64,000 nt of DNA, from contig USBT01000002.1 of NCBI GenBank assembly GCA_900553025.1, positions 4,318 through 68,317 on the forward strand. Reading direction: 5' to 3'. Shown piece after piece: positions 55,217-64,000 of this stretch. Position 1 is the stretch's first letter, and each line of letters starts with the position of its first letter. The notes under the pieces were generated by a model. The model was not told the origin of the DNA. It searched no databases and worked only from the letters and a program-made list of their open reading frames with translations. Both the position numbers and the translations under genes were made by a program. The DNA is from an uncultured Eubacteriales bacterium. Lineage in GTDB: Bacteria > Bacillota > Clostridia > Peptostreptococcales > Anaerovoracaceae.

Positions 55217-55414
55217 CGTGGAATAGGAGTTACAAGTTTGATCCTACTTAATTCGATTTTGAACCATTTTCGGTTCCTGAAAATAGCAGTTTAGAAAATA
55301 ATGTTCTAAAAAAAATACAAAAAACTATGTACATTATATTATTTATTATGTATAATTACTCCAGTTAAATGTTTTACTATTTCCAAGTTTACTCAATTAA
55401 AGAGAGGTGATAGG

Positions 55415-56833
55415 ATGAGTTTTATGGATTTTTTAGGAAAAGTTGATGCATTTGTATGGGGCGTACCAATGCTTGTTATGATTTTGGGAACAGGTATTTT
55501 GCTCAGCATTAGAACAAGGTTTATACAAGTAAGGTGTTTGCCTAGGGCTCTTATGTACATGTTTACAAATGAAGAAGGCGCAGAAGGCGAGGTTAGTAGC
55601 TTTGGTGCTTTGTGCACAGCCCTTGCAGCGACTATCGGTACAGGGAATATCGTCGGAGTGGCCACTGCCGTTACAACGGGCGGACCTGGAGCATTGTTTT
55701 GGATGATTGTGGCGGCGTTTTTTGGAATGGCAACAAAATACACTGAAGGTCTTTTGGCAGTCAAGTATAGGAATGTAGATGAGAACGGGCATTCGCTTGG
55801 CGGACCATTTCTCTATATCGAAAAAGGCATGGGTGCTAAGTGGAAATGGCTTGGTAAGACTTTTGCGATATTTGCAAGCTTGGCAGGAATTTTGGGAACG
55901 GGAACCACAACGCAGGTAAACGGAATTGCTAACGCAGTTAAAGGCTTTGCTGACCCTGATAATTTGCATCTTATAAACATATTTGGACATGAATATTCAT
56001 GGGCTATGGTAGGGACTGCTATTGTTGTCGGTGGTTTAACAGGACTTGTAATCATTGGCGGCCTTGAGAGGATTGCGAAAGTAACGACCGTCGTAGTGCC
56101 ATTTATGGCAGTTACATATTTTTGTGTATGCATTGCAATTATAATCAATAATGCAGATATGCTTGGAGGAGCACTGGCTACGATTGTTAAAAGCGCATTC
56201 GGAGGCAGAGCGGCAGCGGGTGGTGCTCTTGGATTTACTATGATGACTGCAATGAGAATGGGCGTATCAAGAGGTATATTTTCGAATGAAGCAGGACTTG
56301 GAAGTGCTCCTATTGCAGCGGCTGCGGCAAAGACAAAGACAGCTGGTAGACAGGGACTTATTTCAATGACTGGAACGTTTATCGATACAATTGTAATATG
56401 TACGCTGACAGGATTAACACTTATAGTCACAGGTGCTATTAATACGGAGAACGAAGGAGCAAATGTTACAGGATATGCTTTCGGGAGTGGACTTCCTTGG
56501 AGTGAGAACATAGGCGCAGGCGTTCTAATGATATGTCTTGCATTCTTCGCATTTACAACCATTTTGGGATGGGACTATTATGGAGAACGCTGCATTGAAT
56601 ATATCGTTGGTGAAAATAGCTCAACTGTAAAAGTTTACAGATGGCTATTCTTAGCAAGTGTTTGCTTGGGTTCATTCCTTCCACTACAAAGCGTATGGAC
56701 GGTTGCCGATATTTTTAATGGACTAATGGCACTTCCTAACTTGATTGGTCTCATAGTTTTGAGTGGAATTGTTGCAAAAGAAACAAAAGAATACGTCGAA
56801 ATGGATAATCAATTAAGGCTTAAAGCGAAATAG
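55415..56833 (+). CDS. Alanine/glycine:cation symporter (AGCS family)
   Basis: ALAATIGTGNIVGVA.A...GGPGALFWM, RGIFSNEAGLGSAPIA, FIDTIVICT.T and NGLMALPNLI. Promoter-like TGTACA-17-TATAAT at 55328-55356. Confidence 0.95.
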   Translation: MSFMDFLGKVDAFVWGVPMLVMILGTGILLSIRTRFIQVRCLPRALMYMFTNEEGAEGEVSSFGALCTALAATIGTGNIVGVATAVTTGGPGALFWMIVAAFFGMATKYTEGLLAVKYRNVDENGHSLGGPFLYIEKGMGAKWKWLGKTFAIFASLAGILGTGTTTQVNGIANAVKGFADPDNLHLINIFGHEYSWAMVGTAIVVGGLTGLVIIGGLERIAKVTTVVVPFMAVTYFCVCIAIIINNADMLGGALATIVKSAFGGRAAAGGALGFTMMTAMRMGVSRGIFSNEAGLGSAPIAAAAAKTKTAGRQGLISMTGTFIDTIVICTLTGLTLIVTGAINTENEGANVTGYAFGSGLPWSENIGAGVLMICLAFFAFTTILGWDYYGERCIEYIVGENSSTVKVYRWLFLASVCLGSFLPLQSVWTVADIFNGLMALPNLIGLIVLSGIVAKETKEYVEMDNQLRLKAK

Positions 56834-56869
56834 ATGCACAAAATAGTTTAAGACAGTTTGGCATAGACA

Positions 56870-56901
56870 TCAAGGGCCGCTCATAGTCGAGCGGCCCTTG
56901 A
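56870..56901. terminator. GC-rich hairpin between convergent genes
   Basis: tcaagggccgctc-atagtc-gagcggcccttga, perfect 13-bp stem. Confidence 0.8.
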
Positions 56902-56941
56902 CGTTTAGGAATGCATATTTTAAATTTAACTTGTGATACTT

Positions 56942-57445
56942 CTATACAAGCTCTTTAACTGCGGATAGAGCAGCATCAAAGTCAACCTCGTGAGTTACCT
57001 CAGGTACATATTCAACGTGCTTAATCACACCTGTTTTGTCGACTACCACGATACCTCTAGCAAGAAGCATTAATCCTTCCATCATAAAGCCATATTTCTC
57101 ACCAAACTCTCTTTTTTGATAGTCAGATGCAACGATCACTCTGTCGATTCCCTCAGCGGCACAGAATCTGCCTTGAGCGAAAGGAAGGTCCTCGGAAATT
57201 GTTAAAACAACAACATCATCGGACAGTTCCGTAACTTTTTTGTTGAAAAATTTAGTCTGAAGTGAGCAAACCTCGGTGTCAATTGACGGCACGACAGAAT
57301 AGATAACTACTTTTCCGTTGAGCTCATCGCTCTTGAATGCTGACAAGTCATTTTTCACAAGTTCAAATGAAGGAGCCTTATCCCCAACTTTTACCTGAGT
57401 TCCAATTAGATTAACAGGGTTTCCACCAAATTTTACATTAGCCAT
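56942..57445 (-). CDS. tpx: Thiol peroxidase (atypical 2-Cys peroxiredoxin)
   Basis: VGDKAP.F.L, SVVPSIDTEVCSLQT, S.DLPFAQ.RFCAAEGI, LLAR and EYVPE. Start at the ATG 9 nt after AGGAGG. Confidence 0.95.
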   Translation of the reverse strand: MANVKFGGNPVNLIGTQVKVGDKAPSFELVKNDLSAFKSDELNGKVVIYSVVPSIDTEVCSLQTKFFNKKVTELSDDVVVLTISEDLPFAQGRFCAAEGIDRVIVASDYQKREFGEKYGFMMEGLMLLARGIVVVDKTGVIKHVEYVPEVTHEVDFDAALSAVKELV

Positions 57446-57581
57446 ATTTATCATCCTCCTAAAATTTATTATCTAGAAATTATTTATCAAATTTGCTTGA
57501 CACAAGACTTTTACCACAAAACAATAGAATTAACCGTAAAACTATAGTAAAATAAACATAGAAACTGAAAGGAGCACATAA

Positions 57582-58049
57582 ATGCGTTGCCCATATTGTG
57601 AGAATATTGATACTAAGGTTGTAGATTCAAGGCCGACTGATGAGGGAAGAGCTATTCGCAGAAGAAGGCTTTGCGAAGCTTGCGGTAAGAGATTCACTAC
57701 TTATGAAAAGCTTGAAGAGAATATCATAATGGTAATAAAGAAAAACGGACAGCGTGAATCATTTGACCGCAACAAAATATTGAATGGAATTGTTAAAGCA
57801 TGTGAAAAGCGTCCTGTTTCAATGGCTACTATGGAGGGTATTGTGGCTAACATCGAAAGAGGCCTAAATAATATGATGGAGAAAGAAGTCGAGAGTACAT
57901 TCATAGGAGAGCTGATTATGGATGAACTCAAGAGGGTGGACGATGTAGCGTATGTCAGATTTGCATCAGTATATAGAGAGTTCAAAGATGCGGATACATT
58001 TATCAAGGAGCTTGAAAAGCTTCTTAAGAAGGATGCTGGCGTAAGATAA
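57582..58049 (+). CDS. nrdR: Transcriptional repressor NrdR
   Basis: MRCPYC...DTKVVDSR...[18 protein letters not shown] cone, [13 protein letters not shown]. Confidence 0.98.
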   Translation: MRCPYCENIDTKVVDSRPTDEGRAIRRRRLCEACGKRFTTYEKLEENIIMVIKKNGQRESFDRNKILNGIVKACEKRPVSMATMEGIVANIERGLNNMMEKEVESTFIGELIMDELKRVDDVAYVRFASVYREFKDADTFIKELEKLLKKDAGVR

Positions 58050-58076
58050 TTTTAAAATAGGTTAAAGAAAGAGCAA

Positions 58077-58766
58077 ATGAGTGATATTTTAAGAATAGCA
58101 ATTGATGGACCTGGTGGAGCTGGGAAAAGTACTGTTGCAAAGGCTGTTGCGAAAAAACTAGGCATTGATTACATAGATACGGGAGCCATGTACCGCGCCA
58201 TTGCATATAAGTTCATTTCGCTTGGCATTACACAATTTAAGGAAAATGATGAAAATTTCCAAGCCTTAATCAACAAAATATTGGCATCTACAGAGGTTGA
58301 CTATAGCAAGGAGATTACACGGTTAGACGGAATTGATGTTAGTAGTAAGATACGCACTGCTGAAATATCGAGTGCTGCATCTTCTTTTTCTGCTTTCCCG
58401 AGTGTGAGGAAGAAACTGGTCAGCCTTCAACAGAAGATGGCTCGTGAAAAATCACTAGTTATGGATGGAAGAGACATTGGTAGCAATGTTATTAAAGATG
58501 CAGAATTGAAGATTTTCCTAACGGCAAGTCCTGAGGAAAGAGCTAGACGTCGATACGAAGAGCTTTGTGAAAAAGGCGATAGGGTCGACTATGCGACTGT
58601 TTTGTGCGATATGCAGGCTAGGGACAAAAATGATATGTCAAGACAGCTTAACCCTCTTGTGAAGGCGGAGGATGCCTTTGAACTAGACAGTAGCAATATG
58701 TCGGTGGGTGAGGTAGTCAATTTAATTTGTGAAAGAGCAAAACAGCTGAGATGTATTGAAAAATAG
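58077..58766 (+). CDS. cmk: Cytidylate kinase
   Basis: IAIDGPGGAGKST, DTGAMYR, VMDGRDIG, KIFLTAS.EERARRR and RD..D..R..NPL. Confidence 0.97.
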   Translation: MSDILRIAIDGPGGAGKSTVAKAVAKKLGIDYIDTGAMYRAIAYKFISLGITQFKENDENFQALINKILASTEVDYSKEITRLDGIDVSSKIRTAEISSAASSFSAFPSVRKKLVSLQQKMAREKSLVMDGRDIGSNVIKDAELKIFLTASPEERARRRYEELCEKGDRVDYATVLCDMQARDKNDMSRQLNPLVKAEDAFELDSSNMSVGEVVNLICERAKQLRCIEK

Positions 58767-58784
58767 TATCCAAAATGTTATAAT
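58756..58784 (+). promoter_or_regulatory. Sigma-A promoter for radC-mreBCD-pbp2
   Basis: TTGAAA-17 nt-TATAAT with TG extension (TGTTATAAT). Confidence 0.7.
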
Positions 58785-58817
58785 TATTTGCTACGAGTGT
58801 GCAGGCAGAATGAAATT

Positions 58818-59495
58818 ATGAAGATTGTAAATCTACCTGTAAGTGAACGACCAATGGAAAAAGCATTGGAGCTTGGAGTTGAGAATCTTTCAAATGTGGA
58901 GCTTATGGCTCTAATTATAAATAGTGGCACTGTTAAAAAGTCTGCAATTGATATAGCTGCAGAGGTTATTGGGATTTCTCCGCATGGTATATCAGCCCTT
59001 GGAGAACTTGGACTTGAAGATCTTCTTGAAATCAAGGGTATAGGATCTAGCAAAGCTATACGAGTCCTAGCTGCTGTTCAACTTGGAAAGAGAATGGCTA
59101 CAGCATTTCCTGAAGAGAATTTTTGCATAAGGAGTAATGATGATGTTGCAAAGCTTCTCATGGAAAGGCTGCGGTATGAGAAAAAGGAGCACTTTTTATC
59201 GATTTTGCTTAATTCCAAAGGTGAAGTTATAGAGATTGATACCGTTTCGATTGGTGAACTTTCGGCAACTGTCGTGCATCCAAGAGAGGTGTTTAACAGA
59301 GCAACAAAGAAGTCGGCGGCTTCAATTATTTTGGCGCATAACCATCCAAGCGGTGATCCAACACCAAGTGTGCAGGATGTGGAAACTACTAAAAGACTTG
59401 TTGAGTGTGGAAGGTTAATGGGAATCAATGTTCTTGACCATGTAATAATTGGAAATGGTGATTTTTCAAGTCTCAAAGCGCTCAATATGATTTAA
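58818..59495 (+). CDS. radC: RadC/JAB-domain protein (UPF0758)
   Basis: ERP.EK....G...LS..EL.A.II..G, KGIG..KA, VHPREVF, HNHPSGDPTPS..D and LDHVIIG. Confidence 0.95.
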   Translation: MKIVNLPVSERPMEKALELGVENLSNVELMALIINSGTVKKSAIDIAAEVIGISPHGISALGELGLEDLLEIKGIGSSKAIRVLAAVQLGKRMATAFPEENFCIRSNDDVAKLLMERLRYEKKEHFLSILLNSKGEVIEIDTVSIGELSATVVHPREVFNRATKKSAASIILAHNHPSGDPTPSVQDVETTKRLVECGRLMGINVLDHVIIGNGDFSSLKALNMI

Positions 59496-59534
59496 GATAA
59501 AGTAAAATATATTATACTGATATTGGAGGAATAG

Positions 59535-60581
59535 ATGATGTTTAATTTTTTAGCGGCCAAAGATATGGGGATTGACCTCGGTACAGCTAATACACTAATT
59601 TACATTAAGGATAGTGGTATTGTTTTGGAAGAGCCATCTGTAATTGCTCTTGACAGCAAAAGAGGCATTACTCTTGCAGTTGGAGACGAGGCTAAAAAAA
59701 TGGTAGGTAAAGCTCCAAGTAATATCAGCGTTGTTAGACCTCTTAGAGAGGGAGTTATTTCTGATTTTGACAGAACAGCTGACATGTTAAGAGAATTTAT
59801 CATGAAGGCGGTTTCAGCTAATAATGTAAAGAATTTTAGAGTTGTGGTTGGTGTACCGAGTGGGGTTACTGAAGTTGAAAAGCGTGCTGTTGAAGAGGTG
59901 GTGAGACAGATGGGTGCAACTGAAGTATACATTCTGGAAGAGCCTATGGCAGCTGCAATTGGTGCGGGGATTGATGTTGACTCATCATCAGCATCGATGA
60001 TAGCAGATATAGGTGGAGGTACGACAGATATTGCAATAATCGCACTTGGTGGAATAGTTGCAAGTACATCCATCAGATACGCAGGAGATAAATTTAATGA
60101 GGCGGTTATTCAATACATTAGAAAGAGATACTCTCTTTTAATTGGTGATAGAACTGCAGAAATGCTTAAAATTAAAGTAGGCACAGCATCGATAGATATT
60201 GACGAAAACGGAGATGAAATTATTGAAACTGTAAAAGCAAGTGGTAGAGATCTTCTGACTGGACTTCCAAAGACTTTAGAGGTTTCTAATCGTGATATGA
60301 TGATTGCTTTACAGGAATCAGTTGATATAATCGTTGATGGAGTTAAGGCCACAATAGAAAAAGCACCTCCAGAAATCGCTGCTGACATAGCTGAGAAAGG
60401 GATGATCTTGTCAGGTGGTGGAGGACTCATAAAGAATCTTGACAAGTTAATTGAATCCAGAACTGGGATGAATGTAGGTATTGCTGAAAATGCATTTGAA
60501 GCAGTTGCAACAGGAACAGGAATGAGCTTGAACGATGTAGAGAAGCTTAAAGTATACGCAACTACTGTGAATAGAAGATAG
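59535..60581 (+). CDS. mreB: Rod shape-determining protein MreB
   Basis: GIDLGTANT, EPSV.A, RPLREGVI.DF, TEVEKRAV, EEPMAAAIGAG, DIGGGTT and GRDL.TGLPK. Confidence 0.97.
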   Translation: MMFNFLAAKDMGIDLGTANTLIYIKDSGIVLEEPSVIALDSKRGITLAVGDEAKKMVGKAPSNISVVRPLREGVISDFDRTADMLREFIMKAVSANNVKNFRVVVGVPSGVTEVEKRAVEEVVRQMGATEVYILEEPMAAAIGAGIDVDSSSASMIADIGGGTTDIAIIALGGIVASTSIRYAGDKFNEAVIQYIRKRYSLLIGDRTAEMLKIKVGTASIDIDENGDEIIETVKASGRDLLTGLPKTLEVSNRDMMIALQESVDIIVDGVKATIEKAPPEIAADIAEKGMILSGGGGLIKNLDKLIESRTGMNVGIAENAFEAVATGTGMSLNDVEKLKVYATTVNRR

Positions 60582-60593
60582 AAGATAAATGAT

Positions 60594-61412
60594 ATGAGAT
60601 TTTTCAAGGAACACAAATTGATATCGGGACTTTTGATTATCATAGTTGTTACTTTGGCATTGTTAATTTCCTCTGTTGCAAGTGGCGGCAGGGGAAATTT
60701 CGTAACTGAGGGTATTAACACCGTAATAAAGACAGTTACATCACCACTCTACAAGGCTGGTAACAAAACTTCCTCATTTGTTTCAGATATTGGAGGATAC
60801 AAGAGTACAATCAAGGAAAACGAAAGGCTCAAGAAAGAAAATCGACAATTAAAGGTGGAGCTTAAAGAGCAAAAATTATCACAGGATAAATTAGATGATC
60901 TTTCAAAGCTGTCGCAGGCCTTAAACTACGTGGATAGCACTCAAGGGCAAAAGCATATCACTGCTGATGTCACATCAAATGATGCGACCTTGTGGATGCA
61001 TATTTTCTCAATAAATGTAGGATCTAAGGATGGGATAAAAGTTGGAGCGACAGTTGTTGCAAATGGAGGACTAGTAGGAAAAGTTGCAGAAGTAGGACCT
61101 AATTGGGCAAAAGTTAGTTCTATACTAGATCAAGATAATAATATTAGTTTTAGATTATCTGGAGATACAGAGCAGTTAGGTATAATAAATAGCGCAAAAG
61201 ATGGTAAACTTTCTGGATTTCTCATTAACAACCAAGCAAGTGCAGCAATAGGGGATAAGTTGATTACATCAGGTATGGGCTTATATCCTGCAGGTATTGA
61301 TGTAGGTACTATTACTAAAACTCAAATAGATAAGAGTCGACAGCTGAAATTGATGATTGTTAAGCCTTCTGTAAATTTCAATGTACTAAAAAGGGTTACG
61401 GTGATTATATGA
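60594..61412 (+). CDS. mreC: Rod shape-determining protein MreC
   Basis: TM plus coiled coil (ENERLKKEN), INVGSKDGI, GLVGKV, GD.LITSG.G.YP.GI.VG and KPSVNF. Confidence 0.93.
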   Translation: MRFFKEHKLISGLLIIIVVTLALLISSVASGGRGNFVTEGINTVIKTVTSPLYKAGNKTSSFVSDIGGYKSTIKENERLKKENRQLKVELKEQKLSQDKLDDLSKLSQALNYVDSTQGQKHITADVTSNDATLWMHIFSINVGSKDGIKVGATVVANGGLVGKVAEVGPNWAKVSSILDQDNNISFRLSGDTEQLGIINSAKDGKLSGFLINNQASAAIGDKLITSGMGLYPAGIDVGTITKTQIDKSRQLKLMIVKPSVNFNVLKRVTVII

Positions 61413-61915
61413 AACTGAGATATCAGATTCTTATTGGAATTCTTTTGGCTTTTATTCAAGGAATACTCTTAAATTTTTTTGGAGATAGTAATTTTTTGCC
61501 GAACATAATATTAGTAATTACTATTGTCGGTTTTTTTGTTGAAAGAGATATACAAAAATGGATTGTGATCGCTTGGACTGCGGCGATAGCAAGAGATATA
61601 AGCCTTTCAGTATACATCGGATGTGGAGCTATATCCATACTTCTGACTATATGGGCATTATACTTTTTATCTAGATGGATTAACAATGAGAACCTTATTG
61701 GTGTTCTTATTGAGATTATTCTTGGGACAGTCCTATATAATTCGTTTTATTGGATAATTTTAGCTATAATAGGCTCAACGTATTCTTATTTATATGCTTT
61801 TACCTATTGGATTTATCAAATGCCTATTAATGCTTTGTTAGGAATCATAATCTATTATTTTATGAGCAAAAGGGCGAAAGAGAAACGTAAAAAAGAAAGA
61901 TTTAGGTATTATTAA
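61409..61915 (+). CDS. mreD: Rod shape-determining protein MreD
   Basis: Hydrophobic 168-aa protein with PN..L; overlaps mreC and precedes pbp2. Confidence 0.8.
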   Translation: MKLRYQILIGILLAFIQGILLNFFGDSNFLPNIILVITIVGFFVERDIQKWIVIAWTAAIARDISLSVYIGCGAISILLTIWALYFLSRWINNENLIGVLIEIILGTVLYNSFYWIILAIIGSTYSYLYAFTYWIYQMPINALLGIIIYYFMSKRAKEKRKKERFRYY

Positions 61916-64000
61916 TGAACCAATGGCGTAAAATTTCTTCAAGATATTATCTAATCGCACTAGTGATATTGTTGCTGATGATTACTCTAGTCATCAGATT
62001 GTTTGTGTTATCTGTGATTCAGGGCAAAAATTGGAACGAGCGTGCTAATAACTTGAATTCCAAAGAAATTTACACTGCACCAGTAAGAGGCAATATTTAT
62101 GATAGGAATGGCAAAATACTTGCAACTAACAAGCAAATTTTTACCGCTACGTTTACAGCAAGCGGTATGAATGTAAAAGAAATAAATAAATCTGCAATAC
62201 AGCTCATTAAAATTTTAGAATCTAATGGAGATAAATATGAAAACAAGTTTCCAATAAAAATAAGCAAAAATGGAAATTACTATTTTGTTTATGATTATGA
62301 AAAAAATAAATGGCTTGATGATAACCAGATTCAAAGAGGCACATCTGCTGGAGATGCATTTGAAATATTGAGGATAAGGTATAATATAGACCCTTCCCTG
62401 AGTAGATTTGAGGCATCAAATGAATTATACAAAAAATATAATATGAGCATACCCATAAGTGTAAAAAACATGAATTATACTTTCGATCTTGAGAAGAAAT
62501 CATTTTTGGAAAGATTTTACTTTGAAGAAGATGATATAGAAAAAGGGATATCAGCAAAATCAACAATTAAAAAACTTAGAACTCTATTTTCGATACCCAA
62601 GGATCTCACTGAAGAAGAAGCTATAAAAGTATTGGGGATAAGAAATGAAATTTCTAAAAATGGTTTTACGAGTTATGTGCCAATCACAGTAGCAAAGGAA
62701 ATTAGTGATGAAACTATAAGCTATCTTGAAGAAGCAAATCTTAAAGGCGCTTCAGTTGCCTCAGAATACATAAGGTATTATCCTAACGGGCAAACGGCAG
62801 CGAATGTACTTGGGTACATGGGAAGTATATCAGAATCAGAGGTTGATAAATATATTAAAAAAGGCTACAGCAGTAGTGATATGGTTGGCAAATATGGTAT
62901 TGAGGGTGTTTATGAGGATGAACTCAGAGGCAAATCAGGAGTAAAAAAAATAAGAGTAGATGCAGGTGGCAGATACGTGTCGACCATTAGCGAAACCGCA
63001 CCTAAGAGTGGGAAGGATGTATACCTAACAATAGATTTAGATTTACAAAAAACGGCTGAAGAGAGCCTTGCATCCTCAATTACGCAAGCTAGGAAAAATG
63101 CTCCTAATTGTGAAAGTGGCGCTACAGTTGGGGTGGAGGTTGAAACTGGAGATGTGGTTGCAATTGCAAGCGTTCCTAGTTATGATCCCAATATTTTTTC
63201 CAAAGGCATCACGAAAAAAGCGTGGAAATCAGTTCAGAGTAAAAATCCTAGGGATCCGCTTGCTCCTGCACCACTTTTCAATATTGCTACAAGGACAGCG
63301 GTTCAGCCTGGTTCAACATTTAAACCTATAACAGGTATCGCGGCTCTTGAGTGTGGTTTAAGCCCAAATATGACAATTAACGATAAAGGCTTTATAAAAA
63401 TGGGTGATAGAACTTTTGGTTGTCACACATGGAATGAATTTCGCTCTACGGATGGAGCTTTAAATTTATCTAGAGCGCTCGCAGTTTCTTGCAATTATTA
63501 TTTTTATTGTATAGCCACTAATAAGGATTGGAATAACGGAGCCTCCCTTGGGCTAGATGGAATGGGTATGGATAAAATGCTTGAAGTAGCCTCTGAACTC
63601 GGACTCGGCACTTCTACGGGTATTCAACTTGACGAAGTTGTAGCTCCATTACCATCTGAAGAAAGACATGCAAAATCTATTGAATATGGCCTAAGATCTG
63701 ATATTACCAGCCAAGCTCATACATATTTTCCTAAGGAAATTGCAGAAAATGACAAGAAGCTATCAAGTAATATTGACACTATTGCTGGATATATGAAGGA
63801 AAATCCACCTAGAGATGAACTAATTGAGCGTATTGACAGCGAGACTGACGTACTCAAGGATAAGGTGGTAGACCTATCGGATTTAGTTAAATTTTCATAT
63901 TTTAACCAAGCAAAATGGGGTGTTGGAGACATATTTAATGTATCGATAGGTCAAGGGGATAACGCATATACGCCTATACAGATGGTGCGATATCTTGCTA
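61915..64000 (+). CDS. mrdA: Penicillin-binding protein 2 (elongation class B PBP), truncated by the window end
   Basis: ATG 61915 overlaps the mreD stop. Hand translation gives MNQWRK...RLFVLSVIQG...PVRGNIYDRNG, VQPGSTFKP near 63301, SCNYYFY and IGQG near the end. Absent from the ORF track because it has no stop in the window. Confidence 0.92.
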   Translation, partial: MNQWRKISSRYYLIALVILLLMITLVIRLFVLSVIQGKNWNERANNLNSKEIYTAPVRGNIYDRNGKILATNKQIFTATFTASGMNVKEINKSAIQLIKILESNGDKYENKFPIKISKNGNYYFVYDYEKNKWLDDNQIQRGTSAGDAFEILRIRYNIDPSLSRFEASNELYKKYNMSIPISVKNMNYTFDLEKKSFLERFYFEEDDIEKGISAKSTIKKLRTLFSIPKDLTEEEAIKVLGIRNEISKNGFTSYVPITVAKEISDETISYLEEANLKGASVASEYIRYYPNGQTAANVLGYMGSISESEVDKYIKKGYSSSDMVGKYGIEGVYEDELRGKSGVKKIRVDAGGRYVSTISETAPKSGKDVYLTIDLDLQKTAEESLASSITQARKNAPNCESGATVGVEVETGDVVAIASVPSYDPNIFSKGITKKAWKSVQSKNPRDPLAPAPLFNIATRTAVQPGSTFKPITGIAALECGLSPNMTINDKGFIKMGDRTFGCHTWNEFRSTDGALNLSRALAVSCNYYFYCIATNKDWNNGASLGLDGMGMDKMLEVASELGLGTSTGIQLDEVVAPLPSEERHAKSIEYGLRSDITSQAHTYFPKEIAENDKKLSSNIDTIAGYMKENPPRDELIERIDSETDVLKDKVVDLSDLVKFSYFNQAKWGVGDIFNVSIGQGDNAYTPIQMVRYLA

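Noticed and set aside
58818..59495. radC as a marker of a mobile element or anti-defence gene
   Set aside because: It is the full-length chromosomal form in the canonical radC-mreBCD context.
171..63932. The many 60-250 aa ORFs antisense to, or out of frame within, the long genes (e.g. 55813-56562, 60110-60721, 9116-9622, 4972-5283)
   Set aside because: They are shadow ORFs overlapping well-supported genes, with no RBS or recognisable motifs.

Overview
A 64 kb stretch of core chromosome from a low-GC anaerobic Firmicute. Gene order and protein style suggest Clostridia/Peptostreptococcales; this is inference, not a database result. Nearly all genes are on the + strand. In order: addA; a stress/metal block (degenerate ureohydrolase, mscL, ferritin, copA, AI-2E permease); an ABC exporter; a membrane-anchored 5'-nucleotidase; the dcw cluster (mraZ to ftsZ); trmH-pheST-zapA-mutS2-argS-radical SAM; a TPR protein; gmk-rpoZ; a small accessory islet (flavin-binding protein, Phd antitoxin, Doc toxin broken by a 13-bp duplication); an amaP-DUF2273-asp23 operon; the L20 leader with infC-rpmI-rplT; coaBC; an IscU-like/GGGtGRT gene pair; a BMP-family nucleoside ABC importer; a lipoprotein trigger-factor homolog; an alanine/cation symporter; tpx; nrdR; cmk; and radC-mreBCD-pbp2 (runs off the window). 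I saw no rRNA, tRNA, CRISPR array, transposase or integrase. Best leads: (1) a candidate in-frame nested copZ inside the 3' end of copA, with its own -35/-10, RBS and ATG; (2) a trigger factor whose ribosome-binding domain is replaced by a lipoprotein signal; (3) the IscU-like + GGGtGRT + Cys-rich peptide unit; (4) a ureohydrolase missing half its metal ligands; (5) a potentially revertible doc frameshift; (6) a long infC-rpmI spacer with a small ORF and possible RNA structure. All protein calls are by motif recognition only.
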